Assembly (NCBI GenBank): GCA_963750165.1
Contig: CAVVPN010000012.1
Span: forward strand, 864,001 to 928,000
Origin: an uncultured Gemmataceae bacterium
GTDB taxonomy: Bacteria > Planctomycetota > Planctomycetia > Gemmatales > Gemmataceae
Direction of reading: 5' to 3'
DNA length: 64,000 nt
Position 1 is the first letter of the stretch. Each line of letters opens with the position of its first letter. The position numbers and the translations under genes are program-made. The notes below the pieces were generated by a model. It saw nothing but the letters and a program-made list of their open reading frames with translations. It did not search any database and had not been told where the DNA came from. Positions 30,653 through 41,198 of this stretch are shown piece by piece.

Positions 30653-32185
30653 TCACCGCTTCACTCTGGACCGCTTCGCCTCCTTGACGACTGGCGGCCC
30701 CGCCGCCGGCAGGATGCGCGTGCTCTCCTCCTCGCGCACCGGCCCGCCTGCCTTCAACTCGTCAGCGGTGATCTCCACCTTGAAGCGCACGTCCCCCGGC
30801 GTCCGAGCCTGGACGAATACCTCATATTCCGCCTTCGTCCCGGGCGCCAGCGTCGGCAGCGGCGCGAACTGGAACGTCACGCCCTCGGCGGTGGCCGCCG
30901 GCAGTTTCTCCGGCGGGGCGCTCGCTCCCACGGCCCGCGTCGCCAGCAGTTGCGGCGGCACCGTCACCTGCACGCGCAGGTTCTTGACCGGCGCCGTGCC
31001 CTGGTTCACCACCTGAATGGGATAGCTCGTGCGGCCGCCGACGGCGATCGGGTCGTCGCGGTCGATCATCTCCAGCGACAGCGCCGACACGCCCTGGAAC
31101 TTCGTGCAGAATTCTGCCTCGGCACGCACTTCCCTGTCCGCCAGGGCCCGGGCGCGGACGCACAACTCCCCCGCCTGGTTCGCCCGCAGAAACACCTCCA
31201 CGGTGCGGCTCTGCCCCACGGGCAGCGTCCCCAGCAGCCAGGCCACCTGGTTCTTGACCAACTTGGCCTCGTCGCTGGCCCGCAGGTAGGTCGTGCCCGC
31301 GGGCAGCAGGGCCGCGAGCAGCACGTTGGTCGCCGCCGCCTTGCCGGTGTTGCGGACGGTGAGGCGGTAGCGCGTGGTGGGGCCGGCGTACTGGGCCTTC
31401 GGGCCGTCAATGCTCAGCTCCAGTTTCGCCCGGTCGCCCTCCTCCAGGATCAGCGGTGGCTCGATGGTTTTTTTGCCGCCGGGTGGCAGCGGCGGCTCAG
31501 TGGTCTTCTTGCCGCCGGGCGGCAGCGGCTTGACTTCGGGCGGCGCTACCTGCGGCGGTTTGACCTCGGGCGGTTGTAGCAACGGCGGTTCGGTCAGCAG
31601 CGGCGCCGCGCGGACCAGGCGCGTCGTCACGCTCTGGCCATGCTCGAACTGAACGCGGGCGCAGTTCTTGACGTCCTCGGCGCAGGTCGGGCAGAGCACC
31701 AGGACGATTTCGCGGCAGGCGCACGGCCCCAGGGTGCCGAAGTGCCAGCGCAACTCGGAGTCGGTCACGTTCGGCGCGGGCGTGGCCCGGACAAAGCGGG
31801 CGTTGGCGGGGATGGGGTTGCGCACCAGGACGTGATGGGCCGCCGCCGCGGAGTCGTTCTTGATGCAGATGTGGTATTCGAGTTCCTGGTCGGCACTGGC
31901 GCAGGCGTTGACGCGGACGCTGAGGCTGACCACCGGCGTCGGCGGGTCCAGGGGGCAGACGCTGCCGAGGATCAGCGGCGCCCCGACCAGCGGCTGCATG
32001 GGCGGCGGTGGCGTTGGTGGCGGCGCGGCCAGCGGCGGCTCCGGCGATTGCGGTGTGAACTGCACCGGCTGGGCGACCTTGCCGGTCTGACCCTGGGCCG
32101 CCCCCTGTTCCAGCGCCCGCAGCGCCCCCCAGCAGCCGAACAGGCCCAGCAGCACCCAGCCTGCGATTTGTCGCCGTGCGCCCAT
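30653..32185 (-). CDS. Second DUF11-repeat, OmcB-like secreted protein
   Basis: Signal peptide; ELEYHICIKNDS, YRLTVRNTG and YPIQVVNQG units; C-terminal PGDVRFKVE..EEESTRI like the first paralogue. Confidence 0.82.
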   Translation of the reverse strand: MGARRQIAGWVLLGLFGCWGALRALEQGAAQGQTGKVAQPVQFTPQSPEPPLAAPPPTPPPPMQPLVGAPLILGSVCPLDPPTPVVSLSVRVNACASADQELEYHICIKNDSAAAAHHVLVRNPIPANARFVRATPAPNVTDSELRWHFGTLGPCACREIVLVLCPTCAEDVKNCARVQFEHGQSVTTRLVRAAPLLTEPPLLQPPEVKPPQVAPPEVKPLPPGGKKTTEPPLPPGGKKTIEPPLILEEGDRAKLELSIDGPKAQYAGPTTRYRLTVRNTGKAAATNVLLAALLPAGTTYLRASDEAKLVKNQVAWLLGTLPVGQSRTVEVFLRANQAGELCVRARALADREVRAEAEFCTKFQGVSALSLEMIDRDDPIAVGGRTSYPIQVVNQGTAPVKNLRVQVTVPPQLLATRAVGASAPPEKLPAATAEGVTFQFAPLPTLAPGTKAEYEVFVQARTPGDVRFKVEITADELKAGGPVREEESTRILPAAGPPVVKEAKRSRVKR

Positions 32186-32413
32186 GACAGACCCCTCCCG
32201 GTTGACCGGCACCATTGTCCCGGGATTCCGCGCTGTTTTCCGCAGAGAAATCGCGGTTTCCCTGCACGGCGGCGTTTCGCCCACCCTTACAGGCGCTCCG
32301 GTCGGCATGCCTGGACGTTGCTCCAGCGGTGCAGCCGAAATTCTCCGCACAACCGTCTCAGCCGGGCGCGGCGCCAGCAATTGCAGCGGTTCTGAGCGGC
32401 CGAACGAATGGAC

Positions 32414-32441
32414 TTGACAGCGGGGGATAGTCCTCTAAAAT
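32414..32441 (+). promoter_or_regulatory. Sigma70-type promoter upstream of the polA region
   Basis: TTGACA-16 bp-TAAAAT. Confidence 0.6.
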
Positions 32442-32560
32442 AGAAAAAAGAAATTAACAACCTCCTTGCTGGTGTTCCCATCCTGGTTTCCCGTTATCCG
32501 CGGTTGAGTGCTTTCTTTGTGGTGGATTCCTTGATCCCTTGACGCTCCCCCGTTAACAAT

Positions 32561-32785
32561 TCCGGTTCTGAAACCGGACCAGAAACCTGGATGCCCACGC
32601 AATCGCCTCGCCCCGAAGCGCCACCCCCGTTCTTCGGCGCTTCCGCCGTTGTCGCCCCTGGTGGTTCGCAAGCACGAACCACCGGATACTTCAATTACGG
32701 ACCTCTGAACCTATTTCCCTTTAACCGCGTCAACCAATCATCCAGGAGCGTTACCGATTTCGCCTATCCGTGAGCGGATGGGCGG
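32561..32785 (+). ncRNA. Candidate structured ncRNA (6S-like rod) or structured polA leader
   Basis: CCTGGATG (32586) pairs with CATCCAGG (32739); nested ACGC/GCGT, GTTC/GAAC and TCCG/CGGA; apical GGTGGTTCG/CGAACCACC; flanking hairpins at 32561 and 32761. Confidence 0.35.
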
Positions 32786-32824
32786 CCTGCCCCGGAACTT
32801 TCCGCTTCCAGGTAATTGCGGCCG

Positions 32825-35707
32825 ATGTCCACGGGCCCCCGTCAAACCCTGTACGTGCTCGACGCGCATGCCCTGATCTTCCAGGTGTTCCACGCCGTCG
32901 GCCCGATGAGCAGCCCCAGCGGCCTGCCGACCAACGCGCTGTTCGGCTTCGCCCGCTATGTGCTCACGCTGCGCGGTAAGAAGCCGGACTATCTGCTGGT
33001 GGCCTTCGACCGCTCCGAGAAGACGTTCCGCGACGACCTGTACCCGGCCTACAAGGCCAACCGCGGCCCCATGCCCGACGACCTGGCGCCGCAGATTCCG
33101 CTCATCCACCAGCTGCTGGAGGGGCTGCGCGTGCCGGTGCTCAGCGCCGCCGGCTTCGAGGCCGACGACGTGATCGCCACCGTCGCCGCCCGGGCCGCCG
33201 CGAAGGACATCGACGTTTTCATCTGCACCAGCGACAAGGACGCCCGTCAGCTCATCAGTGACCGCATCAAGGTCTACAACCTGCGCAAGGGCGAAATCCT
33301 GGACCGTGACGGTCTGCTGCGCGACTGGGGCGTGACGCCCGAGCAGGTGATCGACTATCAGGCGCTGGTCGGCGATTCAGTGGACAACATCCCCGGCGTG
33401 CCCGGTATTGGGCCGAAAACCGCCGCGGAATTGCTGCAAAAGTTCGGCACCCTCGACAACCTGCTGGCGCACCTGGACGAGGTGTCGGGGACCAAGCGCC
33501 GCGAGAACCTGCTGGCCGCCCGCGCCACGGTGCCGCTGGGGCGACAGCTCGTCACGCTCCGCACCGACGTGCCGTTGAACATTGACTGGGCCGCCTGGCG
33601 GTTGCAGGAGTGGGACGCGCCGCGGCTGTTGCAGTTATTCGAGGAGTGGAATTTCCGCCGCTTTCACGACGAGGTGCTGGCGTCAGCACCACACCTGGCG
33701 AAGACCAGCCGCACGACGCGCCGGGCCGGCAAAACGGCGCAGGCCGGGCAGTCCGCTCAGGGCGAATTGTTCCCGGACGAGGGCGAAGCGACCGCCGTGG
33801 CGGTCGCGGTCGCGCCGGACGCCGCCGCGGCCAACGGCCAGGCGGAGCAGTGGGAGTCGGCGTATCACCTCGTCAACACGGAGGAGGAGTTCGCGGACCT
33901 GCTGGCGAAACTGCGGCAACAGCCGTGCTTCGCGGTGGATCTGGAGACAACGAGCCTGGAGCCGCACGCGGCGGAGTTGGTCGGCCTGTCGTTCTGCTGG
34001 CGGCCCGGCGAGGCGTACTATGTGGCGGTGCGCGGCCCGGAGGGCGAGGCGGTGCTGGACGCCGGCCGGGTGCTGGCGGCACTGCGGCCGTTGCTGGAAT
34101 CGCCGGCCGTCGGGAAAATCAACCAGAACATCAAATATGACACCCAGGTGCTGCGTCAACAAGGTGTGCGCCTTTCGGGGATCCAGGGCGATCCGATGGT
34201 GGCGCATTACCTCTTGCACGCCAGCGAGCGCGGCCATAGTATAGACGTTCTGGCAAGAGATTACCTCCACCACCAAGTGATACCTATCACCGATCTGATC
34301 GGCCCCAGGGGAAAGAAACAATTACGGATGGATCAGGTAGCCACCGCGCGCGTGGCCGAGTACGCCAGCGAGGACGCCGACGTGGCCTGGCGCCTGGCCG
34401 ATCTGCTCCATAAGAAATTGACCGAATATCATCTGGAGAAGTTGTATTCCGACCTCGAAGTCCCGCTGATTGACGTGCTGGCAGAGATGGAGTTCACCGG
34501 CATCCGCCTCGACGTGTCGCGGCTGCAACAGCTCAGCACTCAGTTCGCGCAGGAGTTGCAGGCTCTGGAACAATCCATCCACCAGCTCGCCGGCCACGAT
34601 TTCAACATTGCGTCGTTGAAACAATTGCGCACCGTCCTGTTCGTCGAGCAGAAGTTGCCCGTCAAGCGCCGCACGGGCATCAAGGGCGAGCCGAGCACCG
34701 ACCAGCAGACGCTGGAGGAGCTGGCGGCAGAGGGTCACGAACTGCCGCGGTTGCTGGTGACGCACCGCAAGGTTGCGAAGCTGAAGGGCACCTACGTCGA
34801 TACGCTGCCGGAACTGGTGAACCCGAAGACGGGCCGGCTGCACGCCTCGTTCAATCAGGCGGTGACGAGCACGGGCCGGCTCAGCAGCAGCGAGCCGAAC
34901 CTGCAAAACATCCCGATCCGCAGCGAACAGGGCGAGCAGATTCGCCAGGCGTTCGTGCCGGAGCCGGGCTGGCTGCTGCTGACCGCCGACTATTCGCAGA
35001 TCGAACTGCGGCTGCTGGCGCACTTCAGCGGCGACGACGCGCTGCGGCAGGCGTTCGCGGAGGAGCGCGACATCCACGCCCAGGTGGCGGCGCAGATTTA
35101 CCACGTGCCGCTGGCCGAGGTGAATGCGCTGATGCGGCGCATGGCGAAGACGGTGAATTTTGGTGTCATTTATGGCATCAGCGCCTTTGGCCTGGGCGAA
35201 CGCTTAGAAATGTCGCAGGAGCACGCGGCCAAATTCATTGAGGCCTACTTCGCGGGCTACCCGAAGGTGCTGGCGTACCAGCAGGAGTTGCTGAAGAAGT
35301 GCAAACAGCAGGGCTACGTGAGTACGCTGCTGGGCCGCCGCCGTTACTTCGACGTGAAGGCGGAGAACGGCATCCGGGTGGACTCGTCGTACCAGCGCCG
35401 CAACCAGATGGAGCGCGAGGCGCTGAACATGGAGATTCAGGGCACCGCGGCGGACCTGATCAAGATGGCGATGCTGAATGTGCAGCGCCGGCTGCAGCGC
35501 GAGCGGCGGCGGGCGCGGCTGTTGCTGCAGATTCACGACGAACTGGTGTTTGAAGTGCCGCCGGACGAGGTAGAGATTATAGCGAAGCTGGTGACGGAGG
35601 AGATGACCGGGGCGCTAGCGGACAAGTTGACGGTGCCGCTGCGGGTGGACGTGGGCGTGGGGCCGAACTGGCTGGACGTGCAACCGCTGGTGGAGAAGGC
35701 GGCGTGA
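32825..35707 (+). CDS. polA: DNA polymerase I
   Basis: 5' exonuclease (FEADDVIAT, GDSVDNIPGVPGIGPKTA), 3' exonuclease AVDLETT, and polymerase motifs ADYSQIELR, KTVNFGVIYG and QIHDEL. Confidence 0.98.
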   Translation: MSTGPRQTLYVLDAHALIFQVFHAVGPMSSPSGLPTNALFGFARYVLTLRGKKPDYLLVAFDRSEKTFRDDLYPAYKANRGPMPDDLAPQIPLIHQLLEGLRVPVLSAAGFEADDVIATVAARAAAKDIDVFICTSDKDARQLISDRIKVYNLRKGEILDRDGLLRDWGVTPEQVIDYQALVGDSVDNIPGVPGIGPKTAAELLQKFGTLDNLLAHLDEVSGTKRRENLLAARATVPLGRQLVTLRTDVPLNIDWAAWRLQEWDAPRLLQLFEEWNFRRFHDEVLASAPHLAKTSRTTRRAGKTAQAGQSAQGELFPDEGEATAVAVAVAPDAAAANGQAEQWESAYHLVNTEEEFADLLAKLRQQPCFAVDLETTSLEPHAAELVGLSFCWRPGEAYYVAVRGPEGEAVLDAGRVLAALRPLLESPAVGKINQNIKYDTQVLRQQGVRLSGIQGDPMVAHYLLHASERGHSIDVLARDYLHHQVIPITDLIGPRGKKQLRMDQVATARVAEYASEDADVAWRLADLLHKKLTEYHLEKLYSDLEVPLIDVLAEMEFTGIRLDVSRLQQLSTQFAQELQALEQSIHQLAGHDFNIASLKQLRTVLFVEQKLPVKRRTGIKGEPSTDQQTLEELAAEGHELPRLLVTHRKVAKLKGTYVDTLPELVNPKTGRLHASFNQAVTSTGRLSSSEPNLQNIPIRSEQGEQIRQAFVPEPGWLLLTADYSQIELRLLAHFSGDDALRQAFAEERDIHAQVAAQIYHVPLAEVNALMRRMAKTVNFGVIYGISAFGLGERLEMSQEHAAKFIEAYFAGYPKVLAYQQELLKKCKQQGYVSTLLGRRRYFDVKAENGIRVDSSYQRRNQMEREALNMEIQGTAADLIKMAMLNVQRRLQRERRRARLLLQIHDELVFEVPPDEVEIIAKLVTEEMTGALADKLTVPLRVDVGVGPNWLDVQPLVEKAA

Positions 35708-35738
35708 CAAGCAATGGTTGTCCAGCGGCCTGCCATCG

Positions 35739-36077
35739 ATGGGAAAATATCTTTTTCACTACCTGGAACTTCTCTCGTACTTGGGGTCGGGAACGCCGGA
35801 GGACCCAGGTGGGGATTTTCAGATGTCTTGTTGGATTGACGCTCCGAATCGGGAAGCGGCGCTGAAATGGGGGCACATTCTCCTGGGAGATTATTTCAGG
35901 GCACGCTACTCGAAATCGCCACGCAAAGAGCGGTACATCGGTGCGCCGGTTTACGAAGGTGAAATTGTAGAAGACGAAGACATCCTTAACGAAGCCCAAA
36001 CGTGGAACATTCCGTGTTGCCAAGATGGTGAAGTCCCGAACTGGCGTGAGCCCTGGCGATGCACCAATATCGGCTAA
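35739..36077 (+). CDS. Hypothetical protein, lower GC
   Basis: 112-aa ORF with atypical codon usage inserted after polA. Confidence 0.55.
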   Translation: MGKYLFHYLELLSYLGSGTPEDPGGDFQMSCWIDAPNREAALKWGHILLGDYFRARYSKSPRKERYIGAPVYEGEIVEDEDILNEAQTWNIPCCQDGEVPNWREPWRCTNIG

Positions 36078-36147
36078 CACCACGGGATCCGGTTGGCCGT
36101 GGCTGGTGATTGAGAGATTACCTTTGCCTTTATCGAGCGGCAACTTG

Positions 36148-36450
36148 GTGCTTAAAGGCTTGGAGGTTATTGCCAGCGTGAGTGTTCGTCTCGACGGCGA
36201 CCGTTACCGCGGGACGATTTCCCTGGTCGGAACGCCGCCGCCGCTCCAGAATCTGTTTGAGGTATTTGGGGCGATGGTCGAAGGGCAGACGTTCGGCCTG
36301 GCGGATGAGGTTGAAGACAAGATCGCCGCGTTGGCACTCAAAGTCGTATTCGAGGACGGCACGGCAGCACAGGTGGAAGACCTGCAAGTGTACCCGAGCA
36401 CGCGGCGGGTGTCGTTCAAGACGCGGCAGCTGTCCGCGGCCGCGAAGTAA
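36148..36450 (+). CDS. Hypothetical protein (start uncertain)
   Basis: Open frame ending ...VEDLQVYPSTRRVSFKTRQLSAAAK*. Confidence 0.5.
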   Translation: MLKGLEVIASVSVRLDGDRYRGTISLVGTPPPLQNLFEVFGAMVEGQTFGLADEVEDKIAALALKVVFEDGTAAQVEDLQVYPSTRRVSFKTRQLSAAAK

Positions 36451-36489
36451 CGGTGGCGGGGGAGGAGATGCCGCTTGCGGCGTAGCGCC

Positions 36490-37095
36490 ATGACGCCCGT
36501 CCTCGGCCTGATCGGCGGCATCGGCAGCGGCAAGAGCGCCGTCGCCGCCGCGTTCGCCCGGCTCGGCGCCGCCGTCATCGCCGGCGACCAGCTCGGCCAC
36601 GAGGCCCTGCGGCAGCCGGACATTTTGGCCCAGGTCGTCGCGCACTTCGGCCCCCAGGTGCTCGACGCCGCCGGCGCCATCGACCGCCGCCAGCTGGCCG
36701 CGGTGGTCTTCGCCGACGACGCCCAGCGGCGCACTCTGGAACGGATTGTGCATCCCTACATCGAGGGCCGCATCCGTCAGGAAATTGCCCGGGCCCGCTC
36801 CGACCCGGCGGTGTCCCTCATCGTCCTGGACGCGGCCATCCTGCTCGAAGCGGGTTGGGACCGGCACTGCGACCGGTTGGTGTTCGTCCAGGCCCCGAAC
36901 GCCGTGCGGCAGCAACGCCTGGCCGGCCTGCGCGGCTGGGGCGCGAAGGAGGTGCAGGACCGTGAACAGGCTCAGTGGCCGTTGATCGACAAGGCGAGCC
37001 GGGCGGATTTCGTGCTGGATAACGACGGCACCCCCGAACGGCTCGAAGACCAGGTGCGGACACTTTTTCAGCAGTGTGCCGCCGACCGTTCTTGA
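36490..37095 (+). CDS. coaE: Dephospho-CoA kinase
   Basis: GLIGGIGSGKS, IDRRQLAAVVF, LERIVHP and DAAILLE. Confidence 0.95.
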   Translation: MTPVLGLIGGIGSGKSAVAAAFARLGAAVIAGDQLGHEALRQPDILAQVVAHFGPQVLDAAGAIDRRQLAAVVFADDAQRRTLERIVHPYIEGRIRQEIARARSDPAVSLIVLDAAILLEAGWDRHCDRLVFVQAPNAVRQQRLAGLRGWGAKEVQDREQAQWPLIDKASRADFVLDNDGTPERLEDQVRTLFQQCAADRS

Positions 37096-37258
37096 ACCCC
37101 TGACGGAATCGTTTATCATTAAACCATTAACCCCTTGACAACCCTACCGCTGGCGCTGGCCGCGCGCGACACCCGTAAGTACCCGTCGTTGTCGCACCGG
37201 CTCTGGGCTTCTGGCCCGCCGCTCTGTGCCAGCACGAACGACGAAGGAGAACGTTGAC

Positions 37259-38770
<1,512 letters not shown>

Positions 38771-38775
38771 GGCAG

Positions 38776-38808
38776 TCTCCCCTCGCCCCTGAAGGGGGCG
38801 AGGGGAGA
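38776..38808. repeat. GC hairpin between rho and ribH
   Basis: TCTCCCCTCGCCCC-TGAAG-GGGGCGAGGGGAGA; related sequence at ~28466-28510. Confidence 0.65.
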
Positions 38809-38820
38809 AAGAGTTCATCC

Positions 38821-39300
38821 ATGCCCACCATCTACGAAGGCGATTTCGCGCCGCCGCCGGGCCGCTTCGGTCTCGTGGCGGCGCGGTTCAATTCCCTGAT
38901 CGTCGAGGCCCTGCTCGCCGGTGCCCTCGACGCGCTGCGCCGCCACGGTGTTGCCGACGACGCCATCGACGTGGCCTGGGTGCCCGGCTCCTTTGAACTG
39001 CCGCTTGTCGCCCGCCGCCTCGCCGCCAGCCGGAAGTACGCCGCGGTGATCTGCCTCGGTGCCGTCATCCGCGGCGACACCGACCATTACGATTACGTCG
39101 CCGGCGGCGCCGCCACCGGCATCGCCCAGGCGGCGCTGGCGACCGGTGTGCCCGTCGTCTTCGGACTGCTGACCTGCGAGACGCTGGAACAGGCCCTCAA
39201 CCGCGCCGGCGCCAAGGCCGGCAACAAGGGCGCCGACGCCGCCCTCACCGCCATCGAAATGGTCAACCTCCTGCGCCGCCTGCCGGACGCACCCCCCTGA
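38821..39300 (+). CDS. ribH: 6,7-dimethyl-8-ribityllumazine synthase
   Basis: [32 protein letters not shown] and [10 protein letters not shown]. Confidence 0.97.
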   Translation: MPTIYEGDFAPPPGRFGLVAARFNSLIVEALLAGALDALRRHGVADDAIDVAWVPGSFELPLVARRLAASRKYAAVICLGAVIRGDTDHYDYVAGGAATGIAQAALATGVPVVFGLLTCETLEQALNRAGAKAGNKGADAALTAIEMVNLLRRLPDAPP

Positions 39301-39454
39301 CCCACCGCGGAACCAACCTGAATGTCGCGCGGCGGGCGCGGCGCTTGCCGGGAGCGGCGGTTTGTATAGAGCAACTCACGCCAGAGTCGCCCGGTAGCAT
39401 TTTCGGTTGTCCGGTGCGGCGGCTGGTGCGAGCGCGACCCCAGAGGGCCAGACC

Positions 39455-41074
39455 ATGACACCGAACCGGATGGAGTGCCCGAAGTGCGGGATGGGCCTGA
39501 AGTCGGACAAACCGCTGTCCGTCGGCCGGAGCCTGACCTGCCCGAATTGCGGCGCCCGCCTGAGCATTGACGCCCGCGTGCAGGGCGTCCGCTGGAGGGC
39601 CATCTTCCTCGTGCTGCTGGTCGTCGTCGTGCTGCTGGGCGGCGGGGCGCTGGCCACGTACTTCGCCGGCCTGTGGCCGGGCGCGACGCAGCAGGCCGCC
39701 GCCGACACCGACAAGAAGCAGGACGACAAGGACAAAAAGGACGACAAGGAACACAAGGGCGACCAGCCCGAGCAAAAGAAGAAACCCGACCCGCCAGAAC
39801 TGATCCCGGACGAATCCAAACCCAAAACGAAGAAGAAGGACAGCCCGCTGTCGCACCAGCAGCAGCTTGCGGTGGACCGGGCCATCGCCTTCGGCGTTAC
39901 CTACCTGAAGGCCGCACAGTTCAAGGACGGCTCCTGGAAGGCGGAGGGCGACACGCTGCCCGACCACATCCCGGCCATCAGCGCCCTGGCGGCGCTGACC
40001 CTGCTGGAGTGCGACGTGCCGAAGACCGACCCGGTCGTGCAGAAGGCGGCCGCGTACCTGCGCGGCCTGGAGGCGTCGCCGAGGAAGCTCCAACCCACCT
40101 ACGACGTGGCCCTGGCCCTGCTGTTCCTCGACCGGCTGGGCGACGCCCGGGACGCGGACCTGATCCGCACGCTGGCGCTGCGCATCGTGGCCGGCCAGCG
40201 GGCGAGCGGCGGCTGGAACTACGACTGCGAGGTGCTGACCCCGGCGGACGCGGTGACGCTCGGCCAGTTCCTGGAGAAGACGCGCACCAGCGTCACCGCC
40301 GACGTGTCCGCCGGCCGGCTGGGGCTGCAGGTGGTGGACCCCGCCCAGGTGAAGCTGGACGGCGGCGCCGCCCTGCCGGACAACCTGAAGGGTTTGGCGG
40401 TCTGGCGTGCCGACGTGCCGACGAACGGGGTGGACTCGGACAACTCGAACACGCAGTTCGCGGTGCTGGCGCTGTGGGCGGCCAAGGTGCGCGGCATCCC
40501 GGTACAGCGGGCGCTGGCCCGCGTGGTGCAGCGCTTCCACCAGTCGCAGAACCCCGACGGCAGCTGGGGCTACGAGACGGCCGGCGGCCGCAAGGCGACC
40601 GCGGGCGACCGCCAGCCGCCCGACGCCATGACCTGCGCCGGCCTGCTGGGGCTGGCGGTGGGTCAGGGGCTGGTCAACGAGGCCCGCGGCGCCACGACCA
40701 AGGGCCGCAAGCCGGCCGCCGAACAGGATCCCGCCATCGGCCGCGGCCTGGACTACCTCGGCAAGGCCGTCGGCAACCCGAACAGGCCCTGGGAGAACGC
40801 CAGCAGCGTGCCGCTCGTCAACCTGTATTACCTGTGGTCGGTGGAGCGGGTCGGCGTGATCTTTGGCGTGGACAGGATTGGCGGCAAGGACTGGTACGGC
40901 TGGGGCGCGGAAATCCTGACCATCCACCAGACGATCCAGGGCGACCAGGGCCACTGGCCGACCGGCAACTTCTACGGCCAGCACCCCACGGTCAACACCT
41001 GCCTGGCCCTGCTGTTTTTGAAGCGGGCGAACCTCGCCAGGGATCTGTCGCGCCGCCTGGTGATCGAGGACTGA
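39455..41074 (+). CDS. Zn-ribbon/TM-anchored prenyltransferase-squalene oxidase repeat protein
   Basis: CPKC...CPNC and a TM helix; QW-like repeats QFKDGSW, QRASGGW and QNPDGSWGY; DNSNTQFAVLAL; YYLWSVER. Confidence 0.82.
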   Translation: MTPNRMECPKCGMGLKSDKPLSVGRSLTCPNCGARLSIDARVQGVRWRAIFLVLLVVVVLLGGGALATYFAGLWPGATQQAAADTDKKQDDKDKKDDKEHKGDQPEQKKKPDPPELIPDESKPKTKKKDSPLSHQQQLAVDRAIAFGVTYLKAAQFKDGSWKAEGDTLPDHIPAISALAALTLLECDVPKTDPVVQKAAAYLRGLEASPRKLQPTYDVALALLFLDRLGDARDADLIRTLALRIVAGQRASGGWNYDCEVLTPADAVTLGQFLEKTRTSVTADVSAGRLGLQVVDPAQVKLDGGAALPDNLKGLAVWRADVPTNGVDSDNSNTQFAVLALWAAKVRGIPVQRALARVVQRFHQSQNPDGSWGYETAGGRKATAGDRQPPDAMTCAGLLGLAVGQGLVNEARGATTKGRKPAAEQDPAIGRGLDYLGKAVGNPNRPWENASSVPLVNLYYLWSVERVGVIFGVDRIGGKDWYGWGAEILTIHQTIQGDQGHWPTGNFYGQHPTVNTCLALLFLKRANLARDLSRRLVIED

Positions 41075-41198
41075 CGGCGGTTTGTTGGAGCGGCGGGGGC
41101 GGACTGCCGCCCCTGCCGATTTTTTTCCAACCGGGCGAAAAAAACGGGAACAGCCGGGACGCCTCCAGCCAATGCATGGTGAGGAAAGGGCGACGGCG

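Noticed and set aside
32591..32773. 60-aa ORF upstream of polA
   Set aside because: No RBS, atypical codon usage, and it coincides with the predicted RNA structure.
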